DNA of 64,000 bases from an uncultured Verrucomicrobiae bacterium (GTDB lineage: Bacteria > Verrucomicrobiota > Verrucomicrobiia > Palsa-1439). The stretch is taken from contig CAWEWF010000001.1 of assembly GCA_963812605.1 (NCBI GenBank), forward strand, positions 64,001-128,000. Reading direction: 5' to 3'. Under the pieces are notes generated by a model. The model was not told the origin of the DNA. It searched no databases and was given only the letters and a program-made list of their open reading frames with translations. This document shows, piece after piece, positions 21,058 through 32,717 of this stretch. A program made the translations under genes and the position numbers. Within the stretch, counting starts at the first letter, position 1; each line of letters starts with the position of its first letter.

Positions 21058-21126
21058 TGTTGAAAGGCGCGCCTATTGTAGGCGACAATCCATGACAAGC
21101 CAAATACGAACTGGTGGAGGCAGACA

Positions 21127-22515
21127 ATGAAAGCCGTCAAAATCATTTCGATCATCATCGCCGTGCTGGTCGTACTCGTCCTGACGCTGGTGGTCGCCGG
21201 GATTTTCTTTACCAACCGCTACTTGCAAACGCCGGCCTTCAAAGAGCAGGTCTTGAAAGCCGCGCGCGAGCAACTAGGGGCGGAGGTGCGCATTGATAAT
21301 TTCCACGTATCACTCTTTAGCGGCGTTGAGTTGCGCGGCGTGATCATTGGCAACCCGACGGGCTTCACCGGAAATCTACTCACGGCTGAGGCCTTTATTC
21401 TCCATTACCGCTTGCTGCCACTCTTGAGTCGGCGCGTCGAGATTGAACAGCTCTCCCTGGACAAGCCCATTATCACGCTCTCCCAAAACGACAAGAACGA
21501 GTGGAACTACGAATCCATCGGCGCGAAAGGCAGCACTACCAATCCGGCGGCTGTCGAGGCCAAGCCGGCGTCGGCGGGGCCGGCACCGACCAAATCCACG
21601 ACGACAACTCCTCTCGACATTGTCCTCTCCAAGCTCACCATCACGCAAGGCGCGGTCTCGCTCATTAGCGACAAGGACAAGCCGCTTGTGAAGGTGGAGG
21701 GCATCAATTTCTCAAGCGCGGTGAGCCTGATCGACAACAAGCTGTCCGGTACAGCCAAGGCGGGCATCGACAAAATCAACCTGTCCGACGCGCTCTTCGT
21801 CGAGAAAATTGCCGCGTCCGTTACGCTCGGCTCGGACGAGGTGAAGTTGGCGCCCTTAAGCGGTCAGCTTGCCGACGGCACGTTGGCGGGCGATGTCGTG
21901 GTGAATTTCGGCGACGGACTCAAGTACTCTGTCAATCTGCAGGTGAAGGACGCGGATGTGGCGAAGTTATTGCAAGAAGCCAACACGAAGCCGGTGATGA
22001 GCGGCAAGCTGACGGCGACAACGGCATTGGCTGGCACGGGTGGCCTGCCAACGATTGTCGGTAACGGCCACGCGCAAATCGACGGCGGTCAGTTAATGGA
22101 CATCCCCATAATGAACGAGTTGGCAGTGGTCCTACAAATGGATGCACTCCGGAACCTGAAGTTTAGCGAGTGCCTGCTGGAATTCTCCATCAGTAACAAC
22201 GTAATGGAAACGCCGGTCATCCGTCTCATCTCACCAGAGCTGCAAATAACAGCCAAAGGCTCCGTCGCGCTCGCGGACAACTCACTGAAGCACGATGTCA
22301 CAATCACATTCTCCAAGGGCGCGATCGGCGCCATTCCAAACACAATCGTCAGCCTTTTCACCGAGCAAGCCGATCAATCTCAGTCATTAAGCTTCAAAGT
22401 GTGGGGCCCCTTCAGTTCACCGAAGACCGACCTGCCATCTCGCCTTGCCAAGGGAGCCTTCAAGCAACTGATCGACAAGGTGCCCGTGAAGGTGCCTGAC
22501 ATCTTCGGCAAATAA
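21127..22515 (+). CDS. AsmA-family protein
   Basis: N-terminal TM, LLPLLSRRVEIEQLSLDKP...NEWNY, beta-rich body, C-terminal V.GP.SSP. Confidence 0.8.
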   Translation: MKAVKIISIIIAVLVVLVLTLVVAGIFFTNRYLQTPAFKEQVLKAAREQLGAEVRIDNFHVSLFSGVELRGVIIGNPTGFTGNLLTAEAFILHYRLLPLLSRRVEIEQLSLDKPIITLSQNDKNEWNYESIGAKGSTTNPAAVEAKPASAGPAPTKSTTTTPLDIVLSKLTITQGAVSLISDKDKPLVKVEGINFSSAVSLIDNKLSGTAKAGIDKINLSDALFVEKIAASVTLGSDEVKLAPLSGQLADGTLAGDVVVNFGDGLKYSVNLQVKDADVAKLLQEANTKPVMSGKLTATTALAGTGGLPTIVGNGHAQIDGGQLMDIPIMNELAVVLQMDALRNLKFSECLLEFSISNNVMETPVIRLISPELQITAKGSVALADNSLKHDVTITFSKGAIGAIPNTIVSLFTEQADQSQSLSFKVWGPFSSPKTDLPSRLAKGAFKQLIDKVPVKVPDIFGK

Positions 22516-22517
22516 CC

Positions 22518-23096
22518 ATGCGCATCATCGCCGGCCTTGCCAAGGGAATGCTGCTGGACGTTCCGCGCGCAGGTGTGCGGCCGACGGCGGACCGCATTCG
22601 CGAGGCGGTTTTCTCCAGCCTGGGCGCGCGTGTTCCGGGAGCGCGGGTGCTGGATCTGTTTGCGGGAACCGGCGCGCTTGGATTGGAGGCGGCCAGTCGC
22701 GGGGCGGAGTCTGTATTATTTGTGGAGAATGCCCGCGGCGCGGTCGAATGCCTGGAACGAAACCTGGCAACGTTCCAGCGGAACCGTGAAGTGGCCTGCG
22801 AGTTTTCCGTAGCCCGGACCATGGTGGAAGCGCAACTCCAAAAACTGGCAACCGCCGACGAAACATTCACGCTGATTTTCGCCGATCCGCCGTATGGCCC
22901 GGCAGCCCAGGACCTGCTGCGCAACGAAATCCTGCCGCGGTTGCTGGCAGACGATGGATTGTTGGTGATCGAGTCCGCGAAGCGCGACGCACTGGCCGTA
23001 ACCGCGCCATGGGAGTCGGTCCGCGAAGCAATCTATGGAGATACGCGGGTGGATTTCCTCCGACGCGAACCGGCTTCAGCCAACCGCGACGGTTGA
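22518..23096 (+). CDS. rsmD: 16S rRNA m2G966 methyltransferase
   Basis: MRIIAG, RPTADRIREAVF, LDLFAGTGALGLEAASRGA, FADPPY. Confidence 0.95.
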   Translation: MRIIAGLAKGMLLDVPRAGVRPTADRIREAVFSSLGARVPGARVLDLFAGTGALGLEAASRGAESVLFVENARGAVECLERNLATFQRNREVACEFSVARTMVEAQLQKLATADETFTLIFADPPYGPAAQDLLRNEILPRLLADDGLLVIESAKRDALAVTAPWESVREAIYGDTRVDFLRREPASANRDG

Positions 23097-23915
23097 AAAC
23101 CTCTCCGTCAGCTCCTCGGTAAGCATACTGGCGACCAGCGGCAGGCACTTTTCAACTTTCTTGACGGCTTCACGCGCTTCCTTCGGCTTGCCCATTTCCG
23201 CGTAGGCGAGGCAGAGCCAAACCCATGGCGTCGCGTCTCCCGAATTGAAGGAGATCGCCTTCTGGTACGCCTGGATCGCCTTGTCGTATTGCGCCTGGAG
23301 ATGGTGCACGTTCCCGAGGTTGTTCCATGCGACCACATAGTTCGGCTTGAGCGCAATTGCCTTTTCGTAGGAGGCGACGGCATCGTCGTACTTGCAACGG
23401 GCCGCATACGCATCGGCGAGATTGCACCAAGTCTGCGCATCATCCGGCTTCGCCGTCAGCAATTGAAAACAGGTGGAGATTAACTCGGTGTACTTGCCCT
23501 GGTTTTTGTAGGCCAACGACAGGCGCGCCAGGGCAAAGGGGTTGCTCGGCTGCTGCCTGGTGATTTCCTTGGCGAAACCGATCAGGTCAAAGTCGTCTTC
23601 CTGCCCTTCGTAAGCGGCATCGAGCCGCGTCCACGCATTCTCATCCTCAGGGTGAAGACCCACGACCTCTTTCGCGAAAGCCAAAAGCTCGCCAGGTTCC
23701 GCGTCACCCTTGGTGCTGAGTTGGAGAAACGTCCAGGCGTGCCGATTGCCCGGGTGGGCCCGGATGATCTCCTCGCAGAATTGCACAAACTCCGCGGGTT
23801 TGAGTTCCTGCGTGCAGATCGTATAAAGTTTCGACCAGGCTTTGGGGTGATCCGGCTTGCGGCGGACGGTTCGTTGGTGCCGTTGTATCAACCAGTTAGC
23901 AAGATGCTGCTCCAT
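23076..23915 (-). CDS. Tetratricopeptide repeat protein
   Basis: Repeated W.NL..AY...Y..A...Y.KAI.L.P units. Confidence 0.88.
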   Translation of the reverse strand: MEQHLANWLIQRHQRTVRRKPDHPKAWSKLYTICTQELKPAEFVQFCEEIIRAHPGNRHAWTFLQLSTKGDAEPGELLAFAKEVVGLHPEDENAWTRLDAAYEGQEDDFDLIGFAKEITRQQPSNPFALARLSLAYKNQGKYTELISTCFQLLTAKPDDAQTWCNLADAYAARCKYDDAVASYEKAIALKPNYVVAWNNLGNVHHLQAQYDKAIQAYQKAISFNSGDATPWVWLCLAYAEMGKPKEAREAVKKVEKCLPLVASMLTEELTERFSTVAVG

Positions 23916-23983
23916 AATCCTTCAACCCTGACGCGTTCCTAGTAGCAGCCTGTGGGCCAGCTTTTATATGCCTTGCAGGCCCA

Positions 23984-25387
23984 TCACTCGACGATCCGCA
24001 TCTGGACGCCGTTGATGAGTTTGTCGCGCGCAAGAATATCCGAAATGATCACTACCTGATCTCCCTTAGAGAGAAATCCGCGCTCCAACAGGACCTGTTT
24101 CGCGCTCAGGATTGTCGCCTCCGGGTCTTCACTGAACTGGATCACGTGCGGCATCACGCCCCAATGCAGGTTGAGCTGGTTGCGCACCCGCTCATTATTC
24201 GTGAACGCAAAAATCCGCGAATGAATCGGCCGCAGCCACGACGTGTACTGCGCCATGTGCCCGTACCGGGTGAAAACCAGCAGGCCCTTGGCTTTCAATT
24301 CATTCGCCATGACCACGGCGGAGCGGACGATTTTTTGGCGTTCCTCGGTCAGTTCAATGCCGTCGGCATAATTGGCGCCACCGCTGCGTTCGATCCGCTG
24401 GGCAATGCGGTCGAGCACTTCGAGGCACTCCAGCGGATATTTCCCGACCGTCGTCTCCCCCGAAAGCATGACGGAATCCGCCTGCTCGAAGACGGCGTTC
24501 GCCACGTCCGTCACCTCGGCACGCGTGGGCATCGGGTTTTCGATCATCGATTCCAACATGTGCGTCGCGACGATGACCGGCTTGCCCTTGCGGATGCAGG
24601 CTTTGACCGTTCGGCGCTGGATGATCGGCAGTTCTTCGTACGGACACTCAATGCCCAGGTCGCCGCGGGCGACCATGATGCCGTCGGCCGCATCGATCAA
24701 ATCATGCAGGTTGACGACAGCCTGTTGGTCCTCGATTTTGGCGACTATTTTCGCGTCGGAATTTCCCGCTTTAAGTATTTCGCGGAGTTCGTCAATGTCC
24801 TTCCGTTCGCGGACAAATGACAGGGCGATGATATCGACGCCCAGGGACATCCCCAAAACAATGTCCCGGCGGTCCTTCTCCGTGATCGACGGCATGCTCA
24901 CTTTCACGCCCGGGAGATTGATGTGCCGGCGCGAGCCCAGCTCCCCTTCCGTCAGCACCTCGCAACGCATCCGCCGATGCAGCTTCTCCAGCACCCGTAA
25001 CCGAATGACCCCGTTGTCCACGAGCACCGTATCGCCCTCGTGGATGTCCTTGATGAGATTGGGATAATTGACGTCGACCGATTTCTCTTCCTCGCTCTGC
25101 GCGCCCTTGACGGTAAACTCAAAGATATCGCCCGGCTTCAACTCCATCGGGATGGGCAGGTCCCCCGTGCGAATCGACGGCCCCTGCGTATCCATCATGA
25201 TCGCGCAGGGAATCCCGACTTTATTGGAAACCGCGCGGATGCGCTGGAACACCTCACGGGTCCATTCATGCGTCGCATGGCTCATGTTCAGGCGGGCGAC
25301 ATTCATCCCCCCCTGAATCATCTTCTCAAGCATCTCGGCTGACTCAATGCTCGGCCCAATCGTGCAGGTAATCTTCGTATTTCTCAT
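23984..25387 (-). CDS. pyk: Pyruvate kinase
   Basis: TKITCTIGP, ARLNMSH, DTQGPSIR, AKIE, MVARGDLG, MLSGET; start MRNTK at 25387. Confidence 0.97.
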   Translation of the reverse strand: MRNTKITCTIGPSIESAEMLEKMIQGGMNVARLNMSHATHEWTREVFQRIRAVSNKVGIPCAIMMDTQGPSIRTGDLPIPMELKPGDIFEFTVKGAQSEEEKSVDVNYPNLIKDIHEGDTVLVDNGVIRLRVLEKLHRRMRCEVLTEGELGSRRHINLPGVKVSMPSITEKDRRDIVLGMSLGVDIIALSFVRERKDIDELREILKAGNSDAKIVAKIEDQQAVVNLHDLIDAADGIMVARGDLGIECPYEELPIIQRRTVKACIRKGKPVIVATHMLESMIENPMPTRAEVTDVANAVFEQADSVMLSGETTVGKYPLECLEVLDRIAQRIERSGGANYADGIELTEERQKIVRSAVVMANELKAKGLLVFTRYGHMAQYTSWLRPIHSRIFAFTNNERVRNQLNLHWGVMPHVIQFSEDPEATILSAKQVLLERGFLSKGDQVVIISDILARDKLINGVQMRIVE

Positions 25388-25482
25388 GCGTGCTCTTGCG
25401 ATGAACACACTAAACGGAACCGTGCAAAAAGAAAAGAACGCGAATTGCCACCCAGTATGCCATTGCCTTCTCCCTGCCCGTT

Positions 25483-25594
25483 GTAGCGGCGCTTCTGTGA
25501 AGCGCCGAATCCTGTGCCATCTCCGACTTGTAGGGCAAGCGGCCCGCTTGCCATCGTGATTCCTTGCCTTTGTAGCCGTGCTCGGTGAGCGCGG
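25483..25594 (+). repeat. Cluster of three GTAG-headed REP-like hairpins
   Basis: GTAG-CGGCGCTTC-tgt-GAAGCGCCG (25483), GTAG-GGCAAGCG-gcc-CGCTTGCC (25530), GTAG-CCGTGCTC-ggt-GAGCGCGG (25572). Confidence 0.7.
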
Positions 25595-25694
25595 TTCCAA
25601 ATCTCGCCCATTGTAGCATTGTAAAGCGCTGACGCCATAGATGCAGCTTGCTGCGAACGGATGCAATTGTACTGAAATCTGTGTTGCCAAAGCT

Positions 25695-25717
25695 GATAGA
25701 TGTCAGTGACATCTATC
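25695..25717. promoter_or_regulatory. Perfect 11-1-11 palindrome, operator-like
   Basis: GATAGATGTCA-G-TGACATCTATC between pyk and the type IIL gene. Confidence 0.5.
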
Positions 25718-25827
25718 GGGGTGCGCCACATCGAAGGAGACAGGCAAGGGCGACATCCGGATGAACCACAGAGACACAGAGTCCGCAGAGTCCACCACGA
25801 AGAATGCAAATCTGATTCTATAAAATG

Positions 25828-28800
25828 CTAAATCAGTTCGTCGGCTTGCTTTGCGCGTGAGATCTTCGGTTTCTTGGTTTGCCCGGCTTTCACTTCTTCA
25901 GCCGCGCGCTCCAGATTCAGCTTCAGCAGGCGCTCCAGAATTTGTTCATCCGTGAGGTCGGTGGACCAGCCGTAGGCGGCGGCGACGGCGATATCGAGTT
26001 TCTTGTGTGCCAGGTCCAGCCATGTGGGGCGCTCGTTGTAGAGTTTGGTCAACGTGCGGTCTTTCAGTTTTTTTGCGCCATCGGCGTCTTTCGGTTCAAG
26101 ACGTGGATAGCGGACCGTGCCGATGCCGTCCTTGTCGGGCTTGACGAGGTAACGTGCCCACGGACCATCTACAGACCCAGGAAATTCGAGAATCTTTTCT
26201 ACCGTCCATTCAGGCGGGTTGAGCCAGCGTTCGCGTAAGTCATTGAGTTCCTTCGCGGCGGAGGCAATCGCGGCTTCCTGCACCGCCTTCGACTGCGGAA
26301 ATGGAAACGTCTCGAAACAGGTCGTCGGGGTGTAACGCGGGCGCGTCTCTAAACGCGTACCCTGCTTCAACGCCCAGGCTTCGTGAAACCGAGAATGCAG
26401 GAGACCGAAGAAGTAGTCGTCGGCACGGGCAAACGCGAACGTGGCACTATCAGGCAAGGTCGGCGCTTGCAGCCAGACGAAGAGCCGATACTTCGAGACG
26501 CGTGTTGTGCAAAGGAAGCGCGGCAGTGGCGCAAGGGCGAGGCGTAGTTCGCCACGTCGCCGCTCGTGTAGCCACCAAGACTCGATTGTCGTGTGCGATT
26601 GTTCGCGCTGTGGCTTTATCTTTACGCGACAGTACTCGAAAACAGCTTCGTATTGTGCAGCGTCACCCTCTGACGTGTTAACACCGAAATCAATAATCCA
26701 CGAACCGCTAGGTCGTTGCGTGAGATCCATGCCGTTGACCCACGGCACGACTACGTCGGAGTTGGGTTTGCCGTGCGGGTTCGGAGCGCGCAGAAATTCC
26801 AGCGCCAGCATTTCAGTGATGTCGAATGCGCCGCCTTTCGTCGTACCCATGAAGGCGATATCGAGATTTGGAGTAAGCGCCGTGACTTGAGTGAGATCGG
26901 CAGCACTGGTGAGATTGGGATTGATCGTGTGAGACAGTTCTGCCGTCCAGCACGTGTTGCTTCTGGTCACCGCGGTCGAAGCCGACCATGCTGACATGGA
27001 CGTTTGCGCCGTCAAGAATCCACGGGCGGTCGCTTTCCGCAAAGAAGATGTCGCCGCTTTGTTTGATGTGCTTGAGCACATCGCGATTCGCCCCGCCGCG
27101 GATTCCTTGCGTGGCAAGCAGGCCAGCGCGTCTACATTTGCTATTTTCACGAGTTGGTGTCGCGCTTTTTCAAACCAGTAACAGCACAAGATCGGATTCG
27201 CGCGCTACCGGGAATGTGACACCAATGAAGAGTATCGCTTCCACGTATTCGTTACCCAAGCTCAGTCACGCATCAATTTGCCGCCAAGAAACGGTGGGTT
27301 GCTTACGATGACATCGCACTCCGGCCAATCGCGTTCAGTATAAAACTTCAGTGCGTTTTCTTCTTCATGTTCCTTCGCTCGTGCCTGCTTCAACGTCTTG
27401 GCTTTACTCCGATAATGCGGAACCAACAATGCGTCCTCGTTTTGAAATCCGTCCAGTACTTGAAGCACTGGTGTGCGATCCAGTGGAAAACCATTGTCCG
27501 CATCCATTGCAGGTAGCCTATCTGGACGGAAACTTGTGCTAATTCAAAAGCGTACGCGTTAATTTCGATGGCCTTAAGCTGCTGGACGCTGACTTGCGGA
27601 GTGAACTTGAAATCGAGTTGTGTAGCGAACGCGATGGCCTCCTTTTCGAGGCTGAGTAGAAGCTGGAGCGAAACGTAGAGGAAATTGCCGCTGCCGCAGG
27701 CGGGGTCGAGCACAGTGACGGTGTTGAGCTTCTTGAGGAATTTCGCAAGCCGAGCGCGGTCGGCAGTCGTTCCCTTGCCTTTGACGTATGAACGGCTGAG
27801 ATCGCGTTTGATTGCCTTCCACTCCTGACGCAGCGGGTGCATGAGAACCGGTTCAACCAGGGTCTTGATATCTTCTTCGCTGGTGTAATGCGCGCCGAGT
27901 TGGGCGCGATGGTCGGGATCGAGGGCTCGTTCGAAGAGCGTGCCCATGATCTTCGGCTCAATGGATTCCCAGCGACTTTCAGCCGCCTCCGCCAGCTTTC
28001 GGATTTCATCGGACGTTAATTCAAAGACCGTAGAGTCTTCAAAAAGGTGGCCGTTGAAGTAGCGGATTTTCTGTGTCCCGAAAGTACCGCCCTCGGCCAT
28101 CACCCGAAAAAGCGCTTCGAGCCGTTCGGCGAAAAACGTCGGGTCGTCAACGCCCTGCTTGGCAATATCGGGAAAGATGTCCTTGGGTAATAATCCTATG
28201 TCTTCCGCGAACATACAGAAGATAATCCGGTTAAGAAAACGGGCAATTCGTAGTTTCTTCTTTTGCACGACATTGACCTCGGCGCGCGTGCGAGCATTGA
28301 CGAACTCGACGGCTTCACGGTCTTGCAGTGACCGCGCTACCGCGGCGATTTGCTTCGCAAGATCCTCCGTGACCTTGCTTGTGGTGTGGATGGGACGCAG
28401 ACCTTCGGGATCAGTGAAGAGTGAACGAAGGACGCGCTGGCTTTCAGGCGTATCGATGGTGGCGTTGGTGAATTCGTGTATTTCCTGAACCGTGCCGTTG
28501 AAGTTGGTCCGGACAATGTAGCGATCGAAATCGCAGACGACGAGGAGTGGCGGATTCAGGAGCGATTCACGGTATCGGAGCAGTTGGCGATACGCCTCGT
28601 CCAGATTTTTCTTCTTGCCCTTGTACTCCCAGGCAAAACAGTCCTTTTTCCAGACATCCGCGAAACCGCGATCGCCTGTCTTGCTGTAATCGACCGAATC
28701 CTCTTTCACCACCAGTAGCTCGGCATCTTTGACGACGCGTTTTTGGAAGCAGAAGGATTCGCTGCCGGTCGGATCGGCTTCGGCAGGTGTCTGTTGGTCG

Positions 28801-28895
28801 AGCAAACGGCAAAGATCGTTGAAATGTTCCTGATAGGCTGCCGACTCTTTGCCGGTGTATCGGTGCCATTTCTTTTTGAATTGAGCCCAAGTCAT
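25828..28895 (-). pseudogene. MmeI/YeeA-like type IIL restriction-modification enzyme (endonuclease + N6-adenine MTase + TRD), frameshifted in this assembly
   Basis: GFADVW...WEYK nuclease motif, YFNGHLF, LGAHYT, LDPACGSGNFL, VSNPPFLGG, RYTPTTCFETFPFP, LTKLYN...AHKKLD, spread over several frames; frameshifts cluster at about 26920-27510. Confidence 0.85.
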
Positions 28896-29005
28896 AGAGG
28901 CATTGGGCAGTGTGCCAAAAGCTGCTTCAAGTAAGAAGGGCAATCTGGTTGCCAGTCCCTCACAATCGCCTGCTTCTGGTCGTTATCCGTTGTTCCGCCG
29001 CCGCC

Positions 29006-31464
29006 TTACGGCACAGGTTCAATGGTGACGAAGCCAGTCTGATTTGTGCCGGGGAAGAATCCCGCTGCCGAATTGGTGGTCTGCACGAGCAGGCCGGTGA
29101 GCTTGGTGGTTTTGCCAACCGCTGGATTCAGGAAACTGCCGCTGAGTTGTCCGGTGGTGGGGTTGATTTTTAATGTCAACTTGTCACTGCCGACGGGTGA
29201 CACGGTGACGCTGCCACTCGCGGCGATGACCACGCTCTTGACGAGATTGCTTTGCAGGTTCCCGCCGCCCAGCGTCAACTGTTCGCTCGCCGCGATCGAT
29301 GGGCCGCCGTTCTTCGGCGAGACATACAGCGCGCCCGTTAAACCCGGCGAAGTCGTAAACCCGCCAGGATAATCGTGGTCCGTCGGCACCGCGGGCTTGA
29401 ACCAGTTCGCGGTCGCTGTGAGCAGGTGATTGGTGTCAATCGTCACCGCAGCGATAATGGAACCCTGGTTCTTGTAGAGGGAAACGTAAAGCGGCCAGGT
29501 GCCATCGGCCGAGACCGGCGCGGTCGCGCTCATCTTGGTGCCGTCGCCGAGAACGCCCCGCATTTGCCCGCTGCCGGTTGTCGAGACGGCCAGGGTCCCG
29601 TAGCCATATCCCTGCGGAACAGTCGGATCGGTATCATCGACTGGTTCCAGGATAAACGTGTAACTCCCCGCCCACGGGGATGGATTGACGCTACTGAAAA
29701 CCGCGAGGTTGGCCAGGATATCCGCCGTGAAGACGCCATCGGACACCGTCCCCACGATCTGGTCGGTCCCGTTGGTGATGTCCAGCAGTTGCAGGATGAC
29801 CTGCAGCGAACTCAGGCCCTTCCGCGCCACGGTGTTGGTCGTATTGCCGGAGGCATCAAAAGCTCCCTTGAAGTTGGCGCGCACTCCGCCCACCGTCAGG
29901 CGCGCGGTAAACGATCCCGTCTTGGCGACGGCGACGCTGATAAAACCCGAACTGGCATTCGATGGCGAACTGGACTCTTCGACGAGTCCCGCGTACGTCC
30001 CCAACAGGAAGCGCCCCAACACTTCCGATTGCTGGTCGACCGTGAAGGTCTTGCCCTCGACCGAGATCGTTCCCATGCGCGCGGTGCCGTTGGTATTGGC
30101 GGTCACTGAAAAGGAAATCGTCCCGCTGCCGAAACCGCTGTTGGTGGAAGTGATCGTGATCCAATCCACCGAACTGATGGCCGTCCAGGGGCAGTTGGTG
30201 ATATCGGCGGTGACGGTGAATGTGCCCGTCTCGACGAGGGCCGGAAGCGTCACGTGGTTTATCGAGAGCGTGTACGTGCACGGCTGTAGCAGCGCAAAGA
30301 CAGTTCCATCGCCGGTGCTGCCGCCGGCGTCCGTTGTCCCGTAAAAATTGCTGACACTGCCCTGGACGAGACTGGCGGCAGGAGTGGCGCCATCCGAGAC
30401 CGCTGAAGCTGTGCAACGTCGTCAGCCCGCCGGCCGGCGTGATCTTGAAGACCGTGCCCATGCCGCCCGCTCCGTCCGCCGAGGTCGTGCCGTACAGATT
30501 GCCGTCACTGCCCACAATCAGGCCGGCGTCGGGAAATCCGCCGTCATTACCTCCCGTGAAATTATAGATCGGCGTCAACCCGCCGCTCGCGCCAATCCGG
30601 AACACCGTGCCCGTGCCGTTCCCTCCGCCAAACGCCGTTCCGTAAAAACGATTGTTATCGCCAAGGACCAGCCCTCCCACCGGGTTGGCCCCGTCTGTAC
30701 CGCCGGTAAAATCATATAACTTCGTGAGGGTGCCCGACGGGGTGATGGTGAACACCGTGCCCAAACCGTTCGCGCCGCCCCCAAAAGTCGTTCCGTAAAA
30801 ATTGCCGTTGGTGCCCGGAACCAGGCCCGCCACGGGCTGGCTGCCATCCGCTGTGCCGCTAAACTGCCAGATCGGCGTCAGCGTTCCCGCCGGGGTCATC
30901 TTGAACACCACGCCCAGCCCATTCGTCCCGCCCGGCGAAAGCCGTCCCGTAAAAATTCGTATCGGCGCCCTGGACGAGTGCGCCACGCGGTTGCGCGCCA
31001 TCAGCAGTGCCGCTGAACCGATACAACGTCGTCAACGTCCCCAACGAATTGATCGTGAACACCGTGCCCACACCGGGTGTCAACAATCCCCCGGCCGAAG
31101 TTGTCCCGTAAAAATTGCCGTCAATTCCCTGGACGAGCGCCGCCTGCGGCTGGGCGCCGTCCAACGCACCCTCCACGTTATCGGCGAAGCTATGGAGCGT
31201 TGTCAGGGTTCCTTCGGCGGTGAGGGCGAACACGGTGCCCAATTCGTGCAATCCCCCGGCAAAGGTCGTCCCGTAGAAATTGCCATCCGTGCCCTGAATG
31301 AGCGCCGCCTGCGGCTGTCCCCCATCAGTCCCACCGAGGAAATTGCGCAACGTCGTGAGCGTGGCCGCGGTTGCCCGTTCCGGGCGACCAGCAAAAACCA
31401 TCAGGGTAATTAATAGAAAGAAAAAGCTGAGTTTTTTCAAAGAGAATCCTCCTCGTTTCAGCAT
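29006..31464 (-). CDS. Secreted GloVer (Gloeo_Verruco) tandem-repeat protein with BACON domain and C-terminal beta domain, split by frameshifts near 30950 and 30395
   Basis: Signal peptide; repeated DG..P.A.L..G.DGNFYGTT..GG....GTVF.IT..G.LT.L..F units; BACON-like WTAISSVDWITI...F.VTANT...R.GTI. Confidence 0.85.
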
Positions 31465-31619
31465 CCCGGTGATGAACGCTATCACCCGCGCAAAATACCG
31501 TTCTTCCAAGCGGTAAGCAAGCTCTTGCCCATGCCGGCACCGGCCCCGGCAAATCGCGCTGGAAACCAAAACAAAAGTGTGACAATTTCCGATGGATCGC
31601 TCGTTGGCCAGGAGAGACT

Positions 31620-32717
31620 ATGACAACTACCGCCGCGCCGGAGACTTCCTCGGAGAAACAGAATCCACCCCCGGAGAACAAGAACCCACCGCCGAAAAAT
31701 TCCCGACGCCATCTGCCTGTCATGGTCATCGCTCTGGTCGCCTTCGTCATTGTCGCCGGAGTGGCCCTTTTCTACTTCTTCTTCGTGGCGCCGTACGAGT
31801 CCACGGACGACGCGTTCATCGACGGACACTCCGTTGCCATCGCCCCGCAGGTGCCGGGGCGCGTGGCGCGATTGCTGGTCAACGATAACCAGGACGTCAA
31901 GAAGGGCGAGTTGCTGGTCGAGATCGACCCGCGCGACTACGAGACGAGACTGGCGCAGGCCCGCGCCAACCTGGCGGCCGCGCATAGCCGGCTCGAACAG
32001 GCAAAGGCGCAACTCGCCGTCGATCAGGCCAAGGCCGAAGAAGAACGGGCCAACGTCGTCGCCACCGAAGCCGACGCGACACGCGCGCAAGCCGACTTGA
32101 AGCGCTACCAGGCGGTTGAGAGCCGGGCGGTTTCCCAGAGTCAAGTCGACCTGGCGATTGCGCAGGCCCGGAGCACGACCGCCCAGGTTGACGTGGCACG
32201 CAGCAGAGAACAGGCCGCCGAGGCGCAAGCCGGCCTGAGTAAAGTCAGCATCGAAACTGCCGCGGCCGATGTCGCGCAAAACGAGGCCCTCCTGCGCCAG
32301 GCGGAACTCGATCTGTCCTATACCCAGGTCGCTGCCCCGGAAGATGGACGGGTGACCCACCGCTCTGTCGAGGCCGGCAACTACGTGCAGGTCGGCCAGG
32401 CGTTGCTCGCAATTGTGCCGCGCAATGTGTGGATCACCGCGAATTTCAAGGAAACGCAACTCGCCCACATGCAACCCGGCCAACCAGTCTCGGTGAAAGT
32501 GGACGCCTATCCGCAAAAAAAATTCAAAGCGCACGTGGACAGCATCCAGGCGGGCACGGGAGCGCAATTCAGCCTGCTGCCGCCGGAAAACGCGGCGGGC
32601 AATTACGTGAAGGTCGTGCAGCGCGTGCCAGTCAAGATCGTGTTCGATGAAATCCCGGACGCCACGATCGTCCTGCCCCTGGGCGCGTCCGTGGTACCGG
32701 AGGTGAGAGTGAAGTGA
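31620..32717 (+). CDS. emrA: HlyD/EmrA-family membrane fusion protein
   Basis: STDDAFIDG, ANFKETQL, FSLLPPENAAGNYVKVVQRVPVKI. Confidence 0.93.
   Translation: MTTTAAPETSSEKQNPPPENKNPPPKNSRRHLPVMVIALVAFVIVAGVALFYFFFVAPYESTDDAFIDGHSVAIAPQVPGRVARLLVNDNQDVKKGELLVEIDPRDYETRLAQARANLAAAHSRLEQAKAQLAVDQAKAEEERANVVATEADATRAQADLKRYQAVESRAVSQSQVDLAIAQARSTTAQVDVARSREQAAEAQAGLSKVSIETAAADVAQNEALLRQAELDLSYTQVAAPEDGRVTHRSVEAGNYVQVGQALLAIVPRNVWITANFKETQLAHMQPGQPVSVKVDAYPQKKFKAHVDSIQAGTGAQFSLLPPENAAGNYVKVVQRVPVKIVFDEIPDATIVLPLGASVVPEVRVK

Noticed and set aside
25481-25620. CRISPR array
   Set aside because: Only a 6-nt head recurs, there is no conserved 23-47 nt repeat, and no cas gene is present.
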